From: a virus
Taxonomy: Duplodnaviria > Caudoviricetes
IMG/VR virus record: IMGVR_UViG_3300028599_000010
Location: 1-40,941 of that record
DNA length: 40,941 bases
Reading direction: 5' to 3' (one strand)
Both the position numbers and the translations under genes were made by a program. Positions within the stretch are counted from its first letter, which is position 1, and each line of letters starts with the position of its first letter. The notes beneath the pieces were generated by a model. The model worked only from the letters and a program-made list of their open reading frames with translations. It ran no database searches and had not been told where the DNA came from. This document shows, piece by piece, positions 14,291 through 23,824 of this stretch.

Positions 14291-14617
14291 TCATGTTGCA
14301 TCCTCCATTTCATCGATATCGAATTGATTAGCCCATAATTCAACAGCATAAGACAAAAAGAATACTGCAATACCAGCCCATGACTCACCTTCAGGGACGC
14401 TAGGTAATTCACCTAGATTGTCCGCGATATACTGCAAAACATCATCGCCGTGGTCATTCATAGTCACTTTAGCCGTGAAATATGTCACTGCTGGCATATA
14501 TGCGCCACTTGCACAGCCACCTTGCTGAATTGATTCAATATCATAAAATTCAAGCCCATCTTCAATCCAAGCGGGTGTCGCTTCTGCTACCATTTCATTA
14601 AATTCAGTAATATTCAT
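14291..14617 (-). CDS. highly acidic protein, candidate Ocr-like DNA mimic
   Basis: 21 D/E versus 1 K and 0 R in 108 aa; GCASG motif; early-cluster location. Confidence 0.55.
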   Translation of the reverse strand: MNITEFNEMVAEATPAWIEDGLEFYDIESIQQGGCASGAYMPAVTYFTAKVTMNDHGDDVLQYIADNLGELPSVPEGESWAGIAVFFLSYAVELWANQFDIDEMEDAT

Positions 14618-14643
14618 AATAGTCTCTCCAGTTATGTTATAAT

Positions 14644-14820
14644 TTAAGCCGCTAACGGCATGTTAAAAGATACGTTTTGCGGGTCAATATTCTCTATCTC
14701 TGATAGTTGAGTCATAAGTGTAGAAACCCTGTGATAAAGCTGTATATTTGTAGAGTGTTCAATACGATAATCAAACACCTGGCCCGTCATTGAGTTAGTA
14801 AGTTGAATGTGTGTGATCAT
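14644..14820 (-). CDS. 58-aa protein ending in LAA
   Basis: Hand translation; GGGAG RBS. Confidence 0.65.
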   Translation of the reverse strand: MITHIQLTNSMTGQVFDYRIEHSTNIQLYHRVSTLMTQLSEIENIDPQNVSFNMPLAA

Positions 14821-14821
14821 T

Positions 14822-14902
14822 TCAAATACTCCCTAATAAGATAAGCACGGAACACATCAGCCCCGTGATTATGATTAGAATGTTAAAAATTAGGTCTTTC
14901 AT
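14822..14902 (-). CDS. 26-aa single-TM peptide
   Basis: MKDLIFNILIIITGLMCSVLILLGSI. Confidence 0.4.
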   Translation of the reverse strand: MKDLIFNILIIITGLMCSVLILLGSI

Positions 14903-14908
14903 TTTGCT

Positions 14909-15109
14909 TCATAAAACCTCTGTCCATTTTCCGTTTTCATCTGTAAATGCGACTGTTTTACCGTAAAGTGTTAAATCTAAAACCGTGCCTTGAAAAACTT
15001 GCATTTTTTCAGCTATTTTTTTAGCTTCTTTTAAATTGACAGCTTCGAAATCTTCACCGTCACGAGTTGAGTTTATATTTTGCTTTTCTTGCAAATTGTA
15101 AATTTCCAT
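14909..15109 (-). CDS. hypothetical protein (start revised to MEIYNL)
   Basis: GAGG RBS. Confidence 0.75.
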   Translation of the reverse strand: MEIYNLQEKQNINSTRDGEDFEAVNLKEAKKIAEKMQVFQGTVLDLTLYGKTVAFTDENGKWTEVL

Positions 15110-15218
15110 AATTGTAAAACCTCTCTTAATTTGATGCTTCTTGTAACTCTTTTTGACCAAGAGCGGCCCTTCGTTTTCGCAAAGCCGCTTGTTTTTCTTT
15201 GTTTGTTAGCGGCATTAT

Positions 15219-15488
15219 TTACACAAACCAATCTTGCTTCGTGCTGAAAAATTTAATAATTGCAGTGCCGTTTACCGTGTCTGAGTGAGTCCAAGCTTTT
15301 GCAGGAAATGACGTTTCTCCGTCATCACTTAAAACGATTTCTTTTTCTTCCATAGCCCAAAAATACTCTTCATTTTTTGGTAAATCATTAATCGGCATAG
15401 CAAGTATTAATAATTCTGAATTTCTATGTATTATTTCAGCATTAAAAAGATCAGTACCGCTATTTGAGTTCATTACATGTATAAACAT
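15219..15488 (-). CDS. hypothetical protein
   Basis: AAGGA RBS. Confidence 0.75.
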   Translation of the reverse strand: MFIHVMNSNSGTDLFNAEIIHRNSELLILAMPINDLPKNEEYFWAMEEKEIVLSDDGETSFPAKAWTHSDTVNGTAIIKFFSTKQDWFV

Positions 15489-15524
15489 TTTATTATTCCT
15501 TACTGTTAAAGATTAAGTCTTTCA

Positions 15525-15716
15525 TTATCTTGATACTTTTCTAAAGTAAGACTTGGCTAAATCAAGAGCCACTTCTGGCTGATTTAATTCATTAGTGAAG
15601 TAATCGAGCACGTCCGCAGCTTCATCTAACCCCATCGTAATTAGTTGCTCAACAGCTTGGCTTCGTTGACCGTTAATCATTGAGTTGTAAATCTCGTCAT
15701 ATTGTTCGCGTATCAT
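15525..15716 (-). CDS. hypothetical protein
   Basis: GAGGTG RBS. Confidence 0.75.
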   Translation of the reverse strand: MIREQYDEIYNSMINGQRSQAVEQLITMGLDEAADVLDYFTNELNQPEVALDLAKSYFRKVSR

Positions 15717-15792
15717 GTTGCACCTCGTTTATATAATGTTTATATTTATGCTATACTTAGTTATAGTTAATGTTTATCTGTTGTGTAATGTA

Positions 15793-15820
15793 ACGATAGC
15801 ACAATGATATCAATACGCAA
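15793..15820 (-). promoter_or_regulatory. promoter for the leftward early cluster
   Basis: TTGCGT-N16-TATCGT; shares ATTGTGCTATC with the repeated promoter family. Confidence 0.6.
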
Positions 15821-15867
15821 GACTACGAATAGAAATAAATGTAAATTAAATGTAAGGACTCACCAAC

Positions 15868-16053
15868 ATGGCTGCATTAAACTATAAAGGCGAAGAGTCA
15901 GAACAGAGCAAGGAACGGCGTAAGCGCAAGGCTGATATGTTAGCTGGCAAAGGATCAGTAGCGGATAAGGTAAAAGTACAGCGCAAAGCTAAACAGAAGA
16001 GATTACAGGGTATAATGGATGAGTCAGTCGGAATGTACTTTAAGAGTAAATAA
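15868..16053 (+). CDS. small basic protein
   Basis: AAGGA RBS. Confidence 0.65.
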   Translation: MAALNYKGEESEQSKERRKRKADMLAGKGSVADKVKVQRKAKQKRLQGIMDESVGMYFKSK

Positions 16054-16128
16054 TTATGAATGGATTATTAATTAGCGTTGAGTTAATACTAGCTATTATA
16101 GCCTTGAATATCTTAATAGGGACTATTT

Positions 16129-16572
16129 ATGCCTAGTTCTGATTATTATATGCCCACCCTCAACAGGGAACTAATTACAAAGCATCCTGGTGGAAGACCT
16201 ACTTTATATAACCAAGCAATCCTTGATAAGACCAATCAATACATAGATAACCTGAAAGACTCTGATACTATTATCCCCTCGCTTGTTGGCTTATCTTTAT
16301 ACTTAGGTATTAATGAAGATACCGTTCAAGACTGGAAAGGACAGAAAGAGAAAAAAGAGTTTTCCGTATTGTGCAAGCTTATATTGGCTTTACAGCATGA
16401 ATCATTAATTTCCAACGGCCTAACTGGTGCCTTCAATGCTCACATCACAAAAGCCATGCTAACAAAACACGGTTATGCCGATAATGCCAACAATAACAAC
16501 AACATACAGATAGTTGTCAGCCGTGACGGTGTCGAGATTAACCAGGAAAAGGTCATCGATCATGAAGAATAG
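16129..16572 (+). CDS. terS: terminase small subunit
   Basis: HPGGRPTLY, PSLVGLSLYLGI..TVQDW and GLTGAFN..I.K..L motifs; upstream of terL. Confidence 0.85.
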   Translation: MPSSDYYMPTLNRELITKHPGGRPTLYNQAILDKTNQYIDNLKDSDTIIPSLVGLSLYLGINEDTVQDWKGQKEKKEFSVLCKLILALQHESLISNGLTGAFNAHITKAMLTKHGYADNANNNNNIQIVVSRDGVEINQEKVIDHEE

Positions 16573-16927
16573 CAAGGTTTATCAGGGCTTAGAGCCCGTT
16601 AGCCAGTTCTTCAGCTATCCGCCGTTACACAAACAAGTAAGCAAACCTGTAGCCCCTCCGATACGCCAACAATCCCTTGAGATACAACGACTTAAGCGCG
16701 AATCAGGACTTGTGAGCGACCACTAACACGAACGGCATAATATCCATTATGTTAAATTAGTACGCACTAACCCATTGTTTCACCCCTATTCACCCTCGTA
16801 TCAGCACACTATGTCCCAACTAACCGCATTGTAACGCCACCTAAGCTGCGTTCTCTGGTCGCTGGTTCACTTGTATATGGTCGCGTCTTTAAACGGCTTA
16901 AATCAGATATGTGGATAAATAAAGAGT

Positions 16928-16956
16928 GGGGGGGGTGGGTTAAGGGCAGGCGGGGG
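16928..16956 (+). other. G-quadruplex-forming motif in the terS-terL intergenic region
   Basis: G8-T-G3-TTAA-G3-CAGGC-G5. Confidence 0.6.
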
Positions 16957-17015
16957 TGGCGGTATGTGGTGAGGCCCCCACACAAGCAACTACCCCATTT
17001 ACTCTATAAAACGGC

Positions 17016-17044
17016 TTGTTTATACAACTACGTCCCTATATACT
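17016..17044 (+). promoter_or_regulatory. sigma70 promoter
   Basis: TTGTTT-N17-TATACT. Confidence 0.6.
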
Positions 17045-17073
17045 GAAAAGTATCACCTCTGTAGGAGTTAAAA

Positions 17074-17268
17074 GTGCTTTCTATACAACTTAAGGCCGCT
17101 GGAATGACAAAATCACAGCTTGCCGATAATCTTGGAATATCTGCCAATGCGGTGAGCAAGTGGAAAGATGTCGCACCTAAATACGTCTATGCTTATCTTG
17201 AGCAGTACATCGAGAATCGAGAATTAAAGCAGGGTAAAGCATGGCTCAAGAAATGGCTGGAATCATGA
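17074..17268 (+). CDS. small Cro-like HTH protein
   Basis: GMTKSQLADNLGISANAVSKW. Confidence 0.85.
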   Translation: MLSIQLKAAGMTKSQLADNLGISANAVSKWKDVAPKYVYAYLEQYIENRELKQGKAWLKKWLES

Positions 17269-17314
17269 AAATAAAAAATCGAGCTTCGCCATTAAAAACT
17301 GCTAGTATGAGTTT

Positions 17315-18721
17315 ATGTCGAAGATAACGCTCCCTCATAATTGGAAACCGCGAGACTACCAAAAACCCTTATGGGAGCATTTGGCCTCGGGGGGTAAAAG
17401 GGCGGCGGTGGCATGGCCACGACGCCATGGTAAAGATGATGTTATGTTGCACCACAATGCCTGCTCTGTTTTTGAACGAGTCGGTAATTATTGGTATATG
17501 TTGCCCGAATACAACCAATGTCGAAAAGCGATATGGGATGCGGTTAATCCGCATTCAGGTAAAAAACGAATTGATGAAGCCTTCCCCCCTGAGATTAGGT
17601 CGAATACATTAAATCAGGAAATGAAAATCATGTTTCCTAATGGGTCAACGTGGCAGTTGATGGGAAGTGATAACTATAATGCCTTGGTCGGTTCTCCTCC
17701 GATTGGTTTAACCTATTCTGAATACGCTCTTTCAAACCCCTCCTCATGGTCATATTTAAGGCCTATTTTATTGGAAAACGGGGGTTGGGCAGTATTTAAC
17801 TCCACGCCGCGCGGTAAGAATCATTTTTATAAATTGATCAAGATGGCTGAGAAGTCAAAAGAATGGTTTTCTGAAACCCTGACCTCTGATATTACGCAAC
17901 TCTTTACTGATGAACAGCTTGCTGAAGAATTAATGGAAATGCAGGCGGAGCATGGTGAAGTCTTTGGTAGGGCGATTTGGCTTCAGGAATACTTTTGTAG
18001 TTTCGAGGCGGCTATTCCGGGGTCGATCTGGGGTGAGCAGATTGCCAAAATCTCCGCATTAAATCAAATTACCGACGTCCCTCATAACGAAGAATTACCC
18101 GTCTTTACGGCATGGGATTTGGGGCGTGATGATTATACTTCCGTATTTTTCTATCAAATGGTGGGTTCTGAGATTCACATCATCGACTTTTGGGAGGATA
18201 ATTTCAAAGAAGTGCCTGAAATGTGTCAAATGTTGCGCGATAAAAAGACCGAATACGGCTATGTGTATGGTACCCATTGGCTCCCGCATGATGCCAAACC
18301 TACGAGGTTAGGCATGGGCGGTAAATCTATTATCCAGCAATTTCAGGACGAGAACATTGGTAAACTGCGTCTAACCCCGAATATGGGACGCGATAAAGGG
18401 ATTCAGGCAGGACGTGTGACACTCGCACGATGTTATTTTGACAAAACCCGTTGTGATGAGGCGGTTGAGCATTTAAAGTCCTATCATCGGCGTTATGACG
18501 AGGTTTTAAAGAAGTTTTCAGACGAGCCAGTCCATGATGAACATTCCCATGCGGCGGATGCGTTTCGCTATTTGGCAATATCATGGAAAATATCTGCTAA
18601 TATAGAAGCAGAAGATACATTGATACAAAGACTGCACAAAGGTAATATCATCGGGATAGACTACGGAACATTGAAGCAAGCCCATTTTGATAAGAAAAGG
18701 AGAGAACGAGAATATGGCTAA
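17315..18721 (+). CDS. terL: terminase large subunit
   Basis: WPRRHGKD Walker A, STPRGKNHF, WDLG nuclease, LPHD, SHAADAFRY. Confidence 0.96.
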   Translation: MSKITLPHNWKPRDYQKPLWEHLASGGKRAAVAWPRRHGKDDVMLHHNACSVFERVGNYWYMLPEYNQCRKAIWDAVNPHSGKKRIDEAFPPEIRSNTLNQEMKIMFPNGSTWQLMGSDNYNALVGSPPIGLTYSEYALSNPSSWSYLRPILLENGGWAVFNSTPRGKNHFYKLIKMAEKSKEWFSETLTSDITQLFTDEQLAEELMEMQAEHGEVFGRAIWLQEYFCSFEAAIPGSIWGEQIAKISALNQITDVPHNEELPVFTAWDLGRDDYTSVFFYQMVGSEIHIIDFWEDNFKEVPEMCQMLRDKKTEYGYVYGTHWLPHDAKPTRLGMGGKSIIQQFQDENIGKLRLTPNMGRDKGIQAGRVTLARCYFDKTRCDEAVEHLKSYHRRYDEVLKKFSDEPVHDEHSHAADAFRYLAISWKISANIEAEDTLIQRLHKGNIIGIDYGTLKQAHFDKKRREREYG

Positions 18722-19097
18722 CATACACAACCCCGCCTCTATTTTAGGCGAAGATTCGGCATCGGGGAACGCGGAGGCTGTCAAGATCACCGATGGTGCA
18801 ATTCACACTGTTCGATCTCTTGACTCATTTTCAGCGACCCGAACCACCACTGATGTGCCTATCGGAGCGACCGGAGCCGCAGGCGATTATTTACACCGTG
18901 TTCTTGTTACCTCTGTAGTAGGCGCGGCAGATTTAACCGTATCGGACGGGGCGGGAGTAATTGTGGCGATTTTCCCCTCGGCCTCTGCTGCGGGTACTTT
19001 TGTCGATGTGGGTGTTACTGCTGCTACAGGCGGATTTGTGGTTGATTCCCATGCCACAGCCGTAGGAACCGTTACCTGTATTGGACGATTCACCTAA
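18714..19097 (+). CDS. probable virion structural protein (start revised to MANIHN)
   Basis: Ala/Thr/Gly/Val-rich; GGAG RBS. Confidence 0.65.
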   Translation: MANIHNPASILGEDSASGNAEAVKITDGAIHTVRSLDSFSATRTTTDVPIGATGAAGDYLHRVLVTSVVGAADLTVSDGAGVIVAIFPSASAAGTFVDVGVTAATGGFVVDSHATAVGTVTCIGRFT

Positions 19098-21316
19098 TGG
19101 AAGAAATTAATAATTGGATTGAAGAAATCAAGGACTCGAAGAAACGGGAAAAGGATTACTTTAAAAAAGGCGTTGAAATCAATGAAATCTATGAAGGTGA
19201 GAAAAGCACCCCTTTCAATATTCTGTATTCTAATACTGAGACTATGATCCCCGCGTTGTTTTCTAATGTACCTCGTCCGATTATTCAGCGAAGATTTAAA
19301 GATGAAGATCCATTGGGTAAATATGCATCTCAAGCTGCGCAACGTATTCTCGAATACTTAATTGATACCGATATTGATGGAGAGGACAAATTTGAACGCT
19401 CCATGTTGGATGCGACTCAAGACGGACTCTTACCGGGTCGGGGTATTACTTCTGTAAAATACGATGATGAGACAGAAGAATTTGAAGTAGAAGACGGTGA
19501 AGATCCAATTCCCCCACAAATATCCAATCAAACAATTTCAGCCGATTCTCGCTCATGGGATAAAGTTTATTTTGGTTATGCGAAGAAGTGGTCAAAAATG
19601 CCTTGGATCGCCTACGAAGAATATATTGATGAAGACGAAGCCAAAGAAATGTTTGGTAATGAGGCCGAAAAACTCACGTTTACGGAAGGTTTCGATGAAG
19701 AAGACGATGAAAAGGGTGAGGCTGACAAGCATACGGGCAAAGCGAAGACGACTATTATCTATCAAATATGGGATAAGTCAGACCGAAAAGTTAAGTACGT
19801 ATCACCTGGCTACCTTGATGCGTACCTTAGAGTCGATGACGATCCATTAGAATTAACCGGCTTTTTTAACTGCCCAAAACCCCTTACTTTTGTCAGAAAA
19901 TCAAACAAACTCACCCCCACGGCACCCTATACCTTATATGAACAACAAGCCTCTGAACTCAATGAAATCCAACGCCGATTAACCCGCGTTATTCAGGCGA
20001 TTAAGGTACGGGGTGTTTACGATCCAGCGATGGGTGACGACATCGGTAAGATTTTACAGGGTACCGATAATGAGCTTATTCCGTCAGATAAGGGCTCTAT
20101 TCTTGCAGAGGGTGGCTTTGATAAATCTATCTGGTTACTCCCAATCGAAAAACTTGTGGGGGTAGCCCAACAACTTTATCAAGCGCGAGAGTCCTGTAAA
20201 CAGGTAATTTACGAGATAACCGGCCTTTCAGACATCATACGCGGTCAATCTATGGCCTCTGAAACCTTGGGCGCACAGAAAATCAAAGAATCATGGGGTA
20301 CGATGCGCCTCAAGCGACTACAAAAACGTGTCCAGCATTATGCCCTCGATACGATGCGTATGATGTTGGAAGTCGCTGTCCTGAAGTTTGACGCTAAAAC
20401 GTGGAAACAAATCACGGGTATGCCGCTTCCGATGAAGGAAGAAAAAGAACAGGCGATGCAATTTCTTCAAATCGCAAAACAGCGAAAAATGCCTGAAGAC
20501 AATAAGGACGTACAACGCGCCACTGAGATTATGAAACTCCCCTCTTGGGATGATGTTTTAGACTTACTCAAAAATGATTATTGGCGCTCATACCGGCTAG
20601 ATATTGAGACTAATTCGACTTTGGACGTAGAAGCGACTGAAGATAAGCAAAATGTGGCTGAATTTATGAACGCCTTTGCTCAACTTATGAATGGTATGTT
20701 CCCGATGGTAGAAAAGGGCGTTATGCCGTTTGATGCCGCGAAATCAATGATGCTGGCCATTGTTAAACGCTTCCGATTTGGCCGTGAAGTTGAAGAACAG
20801 TTAAAGGAAATGACACAACCTAAGCCCCCTTCAGATCCAAAACAAGAAGCAGAGGTCAAGAAATTCCAAGCTGAACAGCAAAAGTTTGGCGAGAAGCAAA
20901 AACAGTTCGAAGAACAGCAAAAAATGGCCGGTGACAAACTCGATGAAGAGTTTAGAAAACTTCAGTTTGAAAAGCTCCAGTTTGATTTTGAGAAGAAGTT
21001 GGCTATTGAACAACAGAAATTACGAGAAAAGCTGGCCGAATCTAATCAGCAAATATCCGAAGAAGAGGCTAAATCCGATCTCAAAGAAATGATTAAAGAT
21101 GCCGAACGGATGCACCAGTCCATGCTCGATAAGCATAAAGCCAATCTTGATAAAAGTATGACCGAGCGACAAATAGATAAGCCGGTCGAAAAGTCTGAAC
21201 CTTCCGTTATTAATGTGGCGATTGACAATACGAAAGGCGCTATGAAAAAAACGATTAACATTGCTAAAGATGGCGAAGGCTATAAGGCTGAAGTCGAGGA
21301 GATTGAAAATGAATGA
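19097..21316 (+). CDS. portal protein
   Basis: 739 aa after terL; FNILYSN..PALF motif, EITGLSDI.RG; coiled-coil C-terminus. Confidence 0.88.
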   Translation: MEEINNWIEEIKDSKKREKDYFKKGVEINEIYEGEKSTPFNILYSNTETMIPALFSNVPRPIIQRRFKDEDPLGKYASQAAQRILEYLIDTDIDGEDKFERSMLDATQDGLLPGRGITSVKYDDETEEFEVEDGEDPIPPQISNQTISADSRSWDKVYFGYAKKWSKMPWIAYEEYIDEDEAKEMFGNEAEKLTFTEGFDEEDDEKGEADKHTGKAKTTIIYQIWDKSDRKVKYVSPGYLDAYLRVDDDPLELTGFFNCPKPLTFVRKSNKLTPTAPYTLYEQQASELNEIQRRLTRVIQAIKVRGVYDPAMGDDIGKILQGTDNELIPSDKGSILAEGGFDKSIWLLPIEKLVGVAQQLYQARESCKQVIYEITGLSDIIRGQSMASETLGAQKIKESWGTMRLKRLQKRVQHYALDTMRMMLEVAVLKFDAKTWKQITGMPLPMKEEKEQAMQFLQIAKQRKMPEDNKDVQRATEIMKLPSWDDVLDLLKNDYWRSYRLDIETNSTLDVEATEDKQNVAEFMNAFAQLMNGMFPMVEKGVMPFDAAKSMMLAIVKRFRFGREVEEQLKEMTQPKPPSDPKQEAEVKKFQAEQQKFGEKQKQFEEQQKMAGDKLDEEFRKLQFEKLQFDFEKKLAIEQQKLREKLAESNQQISEEEAKSDLKEMIKDAERMHQSMLDKHKANLDKSMTERQIDKPVEKSEPSVINVAIDNTKGAMKKTINIAKDGEGYKAEVEEIENE

Positions 21317-21455
21317 ATTACAGGCAGGTGAAGGCAGGCTAGAAATGGCCATCCAAATCACGCGCAAAGAGACTGGCAAGGTCGAAGAATACACTTTAAT
21401 ATCAGAACCGGGTGATCATGAAGTAATTGAAAAGCCTGAAAAACAAGAGGATTAG
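21309..21455 (+). CDS. 48-aa hypothetical protein (start revised)
   Basis: GAGGAG RBS. Confidence 0.6.
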   Translation: MNELQAGEGRLEMAIQITRKETGKVEEYTLISEPGDHEVIEKPEKQED

Positions 21456-21458
21456 ATC

Positions 21459-21839
21459 ATGGCTACAACACACACCACAACTTTTAGAAACTTGGTTGCT
21501 GATTTAATTGGCGATACAGTTGATGCCGGTAAACTGGTTTTTCGTATTACCGGCTCAACGGCTGATGTACCAACAACGGCAGTGGCAACGCTTACTCTGA
21601 ACGCGGCGGCTTTCCCTGCTGCATCGGGTGGTGTTATTACAGCAGCAGCAATTACATCAGATACTAATGCGGCGGGCGGAACGGTTGCCTTTGCCACGAT
21701 TGAAACATCCACCTCAGTCGTTAAAGCTCACTGCGCGGTTGCAGCGTCAGGCAGCGATATTGACTTAACTAATGGTTTAACGGTTACCGCGGGCGATACG
21801 GTCAGCTGTAGCGCATTAACCTATACAGCAATGCCTTAA
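21459..21839 (+). CDS. probable virion structural protein
   Basis: Ala/Thr-rich beta composition. Confidence 0.7.
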   Translation: MATTHTTTFRNLVADLIGDTVDAGKLVFRITGSTADVPTTAVATLTLNAAAFPAASGGVITAAAITSDTNAAGGTVAFATIETSTSVVKAHCAVAASGSDIDLTNGLTVTAGDTVSCSALTYTAMP

Positions 21840-21853
21840 AAAGGAGAATTATC

Positions 21854-22399
21854 ATGGCATACCGAGGAACATTAACCCGAGCAGACGTAAACCGCATTTT
21901 AACTCAGCGGTCGAAAGTCTTAATGCGTGAAATAAAAGCAGGATTAGAAGATTATAAAACTTTACTGGATGCTCAAAACAGTCAGTCAGTGGCAGACTGG
22001 ACGCGTGATCTGGAAGGACTAGCAGACACAAAAAGCGCGTCATTAACCATTGTTGCTGCAACCGGTGTTATCTCCTGTATTTCAGGCGCTAACCTGTTTG
22101 CAGGTTTTCGGATTGGTCGTGACGTTCAAACAAGCAGTTTTACCAATGCTGGAAATAATATTCTTGAGACGGAAATCCTTGCTCAGACACCGGACAGTAT
22201 TACAATCGCAACCACAGGGCTGGTTGATGAAACAGACACAAATGCGCGCTGTCAGGAAGTCCCGATCCAGGCTGAGAAAGACGAAACCAACGCGGCTATT
22301 GCGACAGCTTTAGCATTTAAAAAGTTCGATGATTTAGGCACTGGCGCTACTGTAACAGCAGAAGACCTTTACGCATTGCTTCGTGATTATAATTTATAA
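21854..22399 (+). CDS. probable virion protein
   Basis: AAGGAG RBS; late operon. Confidence 0.65.
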   Translation: MAYRGTLTRADVNRILTQRSKVLMREIKAGLEDYKTLLDAQNSQSVADWTRDLEGLADTKSASLTIVAATGVISCISGANLFAGFRIGRDVQTSSFTNAGNNILETEILAQTPDSITIATTGLVDETDTNARCQEVPIQAEKDETNAAIATALAFKKFDDLGTGATVTAEDLYALLRDYNL

Positions 22400-22725
22400 T
22401 GGCCCGTTTTCGTATTTACTACGGGGATGGATCGACATTTACAGACGGCGATAAGGGAGAACCCGCCTCATTTGGTGTGATTTGCATTCTCCAAAGACGC
22501 GGTGACAGCCCTCGATATCATGTAGTAAGCGGGACGCCTTATTATATTTTTGTTGATGGTGAATGGCTCCCTGCATGGCAGAACGATGTTTTTTATAGGT
22601 TGCTGGTATTAAAAGGCACGATGACAAATATCCTTGAGGGACTATTAACGACAAAATCCCAATTTACTGAAGTATACGAGCAAGCAAAGGCAGACCGTGA
22701 AAAAGAATGTCTACATAACGACTAA
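22399..22725 (+). CDS. hypothetical protein
   Basis: TAATG coupling. Confidence 0.7.
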   Translation: MARFRIYYGDGSTFTDGDKGEPASFGVICILQRRGDSPRYHVVSGTPYYIFVDGEWLPAWQNDVFYRLLVLKGTMTNILEGLLTTKSQFTEVYEQAKADREKECLHND

Positions 22726-23824
22726 AGCTCATCTAGAATGGGATGAAGAAAAGCGACAATACATTGCCATTACTGATGAGGGTTATTGGTATAGCGGCCC
22801 TTTAGCATTAGCAACAACCCCTCCAGTATTAGAGGTCACAGACTGGGCATTTTTTGATGATGGAACCGAGTCCGGATCTTCCATCATTGGGACTAAAAAC
22901 ACTAATCCCACGCTTGATGTTGATACGCTTTATCAATTCAGGACGGGGCTTGAAGAAACAGGCGGTAATTTAGGTAAAAATCAAACGCCTCAATTACAAT
23001 ATAACCATAATGCCGGTGGCTGGAATAATGTTACCGGTTCCAGTTTGGTTATTCAGGCAGTTGCTTCTGCGAACTTAACGGACGGCGGTGATACGACACA
23101 ACGGCTAACTGCCTTTACTTATGATTCCTCTAACGAGGGTATTGATGAGGTAGACGGGTTAGCGGGTGGCGCTACTGCTGATTTAATTAGCAACGGTTTT
23201 GAGGCGTTGTTCTCGTTTCAGATCATTGGCGCTGATGTTGCCAACAACGACACGATACAGTTAAAGATCGTAAACGGTGCTGACGCTGATGCCGATTATA
23301 CGACTTATAATCAAACAGACGCCACAATAACAGCAAATGTAGGTGTTGTTGACCATGTCGCTACCGGCGCATTATTAGCCCAGTCAGCTACCATAGCCGG
23401 AACAGCTTTACGCGACCAAACTCACGACGCCACCGGAACGCTTCTTGCTCAAAGTGCTGTTATTGCAGGAACAGCGGATAGGGCGACTGTTCACGAGGCT
23501 ACCGGTGCACTAACCGCACAAGACGCGGTCATTGCGGGTACGGCATTAAGAGACCAGACCCATGACGCAACCGGCGCCCTGGATGCTCAAAGCGCTGTAA
23601 TTGCTGGGACAGCCGCGAGAGTCGGGGCACCTATTGACCATGTTGCCACGGGTGACCTGACTGCTGATCCGGCGGTTATCGCGGGTACTGCGTTACGCGA
23701 TCAGACGCACGATGCTACAGGGGCTTTAACAGCTCAATCTGCTACAATAACTGGAACAGCAGCACGATCAACACCAGGTGGATTTGTTTCTGCTTGGGCT
23801 AATGGAGCGAATCAAATATTATGA
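22697..23824 (+). CDS. fibre-like virion protein with ~23-aa repeats
   Basis: Six H.ATG.L.A..A.I.GTA.R repeats. Confidence 0.75.
   Translation: MKKNVYITTKAHLEWDEEKRQYIAITDEGYWYSGPLALATTPPVLEVTDWAFFDDGTESGSSIIGTKNTNPTLDVDTLYQFRTGLEETGGNLGKNQTPQLQYNHNAGGWNNVTGSSLVIQAVASANLTDGGDTTQRLTAFTYDSSNEGIDEVDGLAGGATADLISNGFEALFSFQIIGADVANNDTIQLKIVNGADADADYTTYNQTDATITANVGVVDHVATGALLAQSATIAGTALRDQTHDATGTLLAQSAVIAGTADRATVHEATGALTAQDAVIAGTALRDQTHDATGALDAQSAVIAGTAARVGAPIDHVATGDLTADPAVIAGTALRDQTHDATGALTAQSATITGTAARSTPGGFVSAWANGANQIL

Noticed and set aside
16775-16783. TGTTTCAC parS half-site
   Set aside because: The second half is absent
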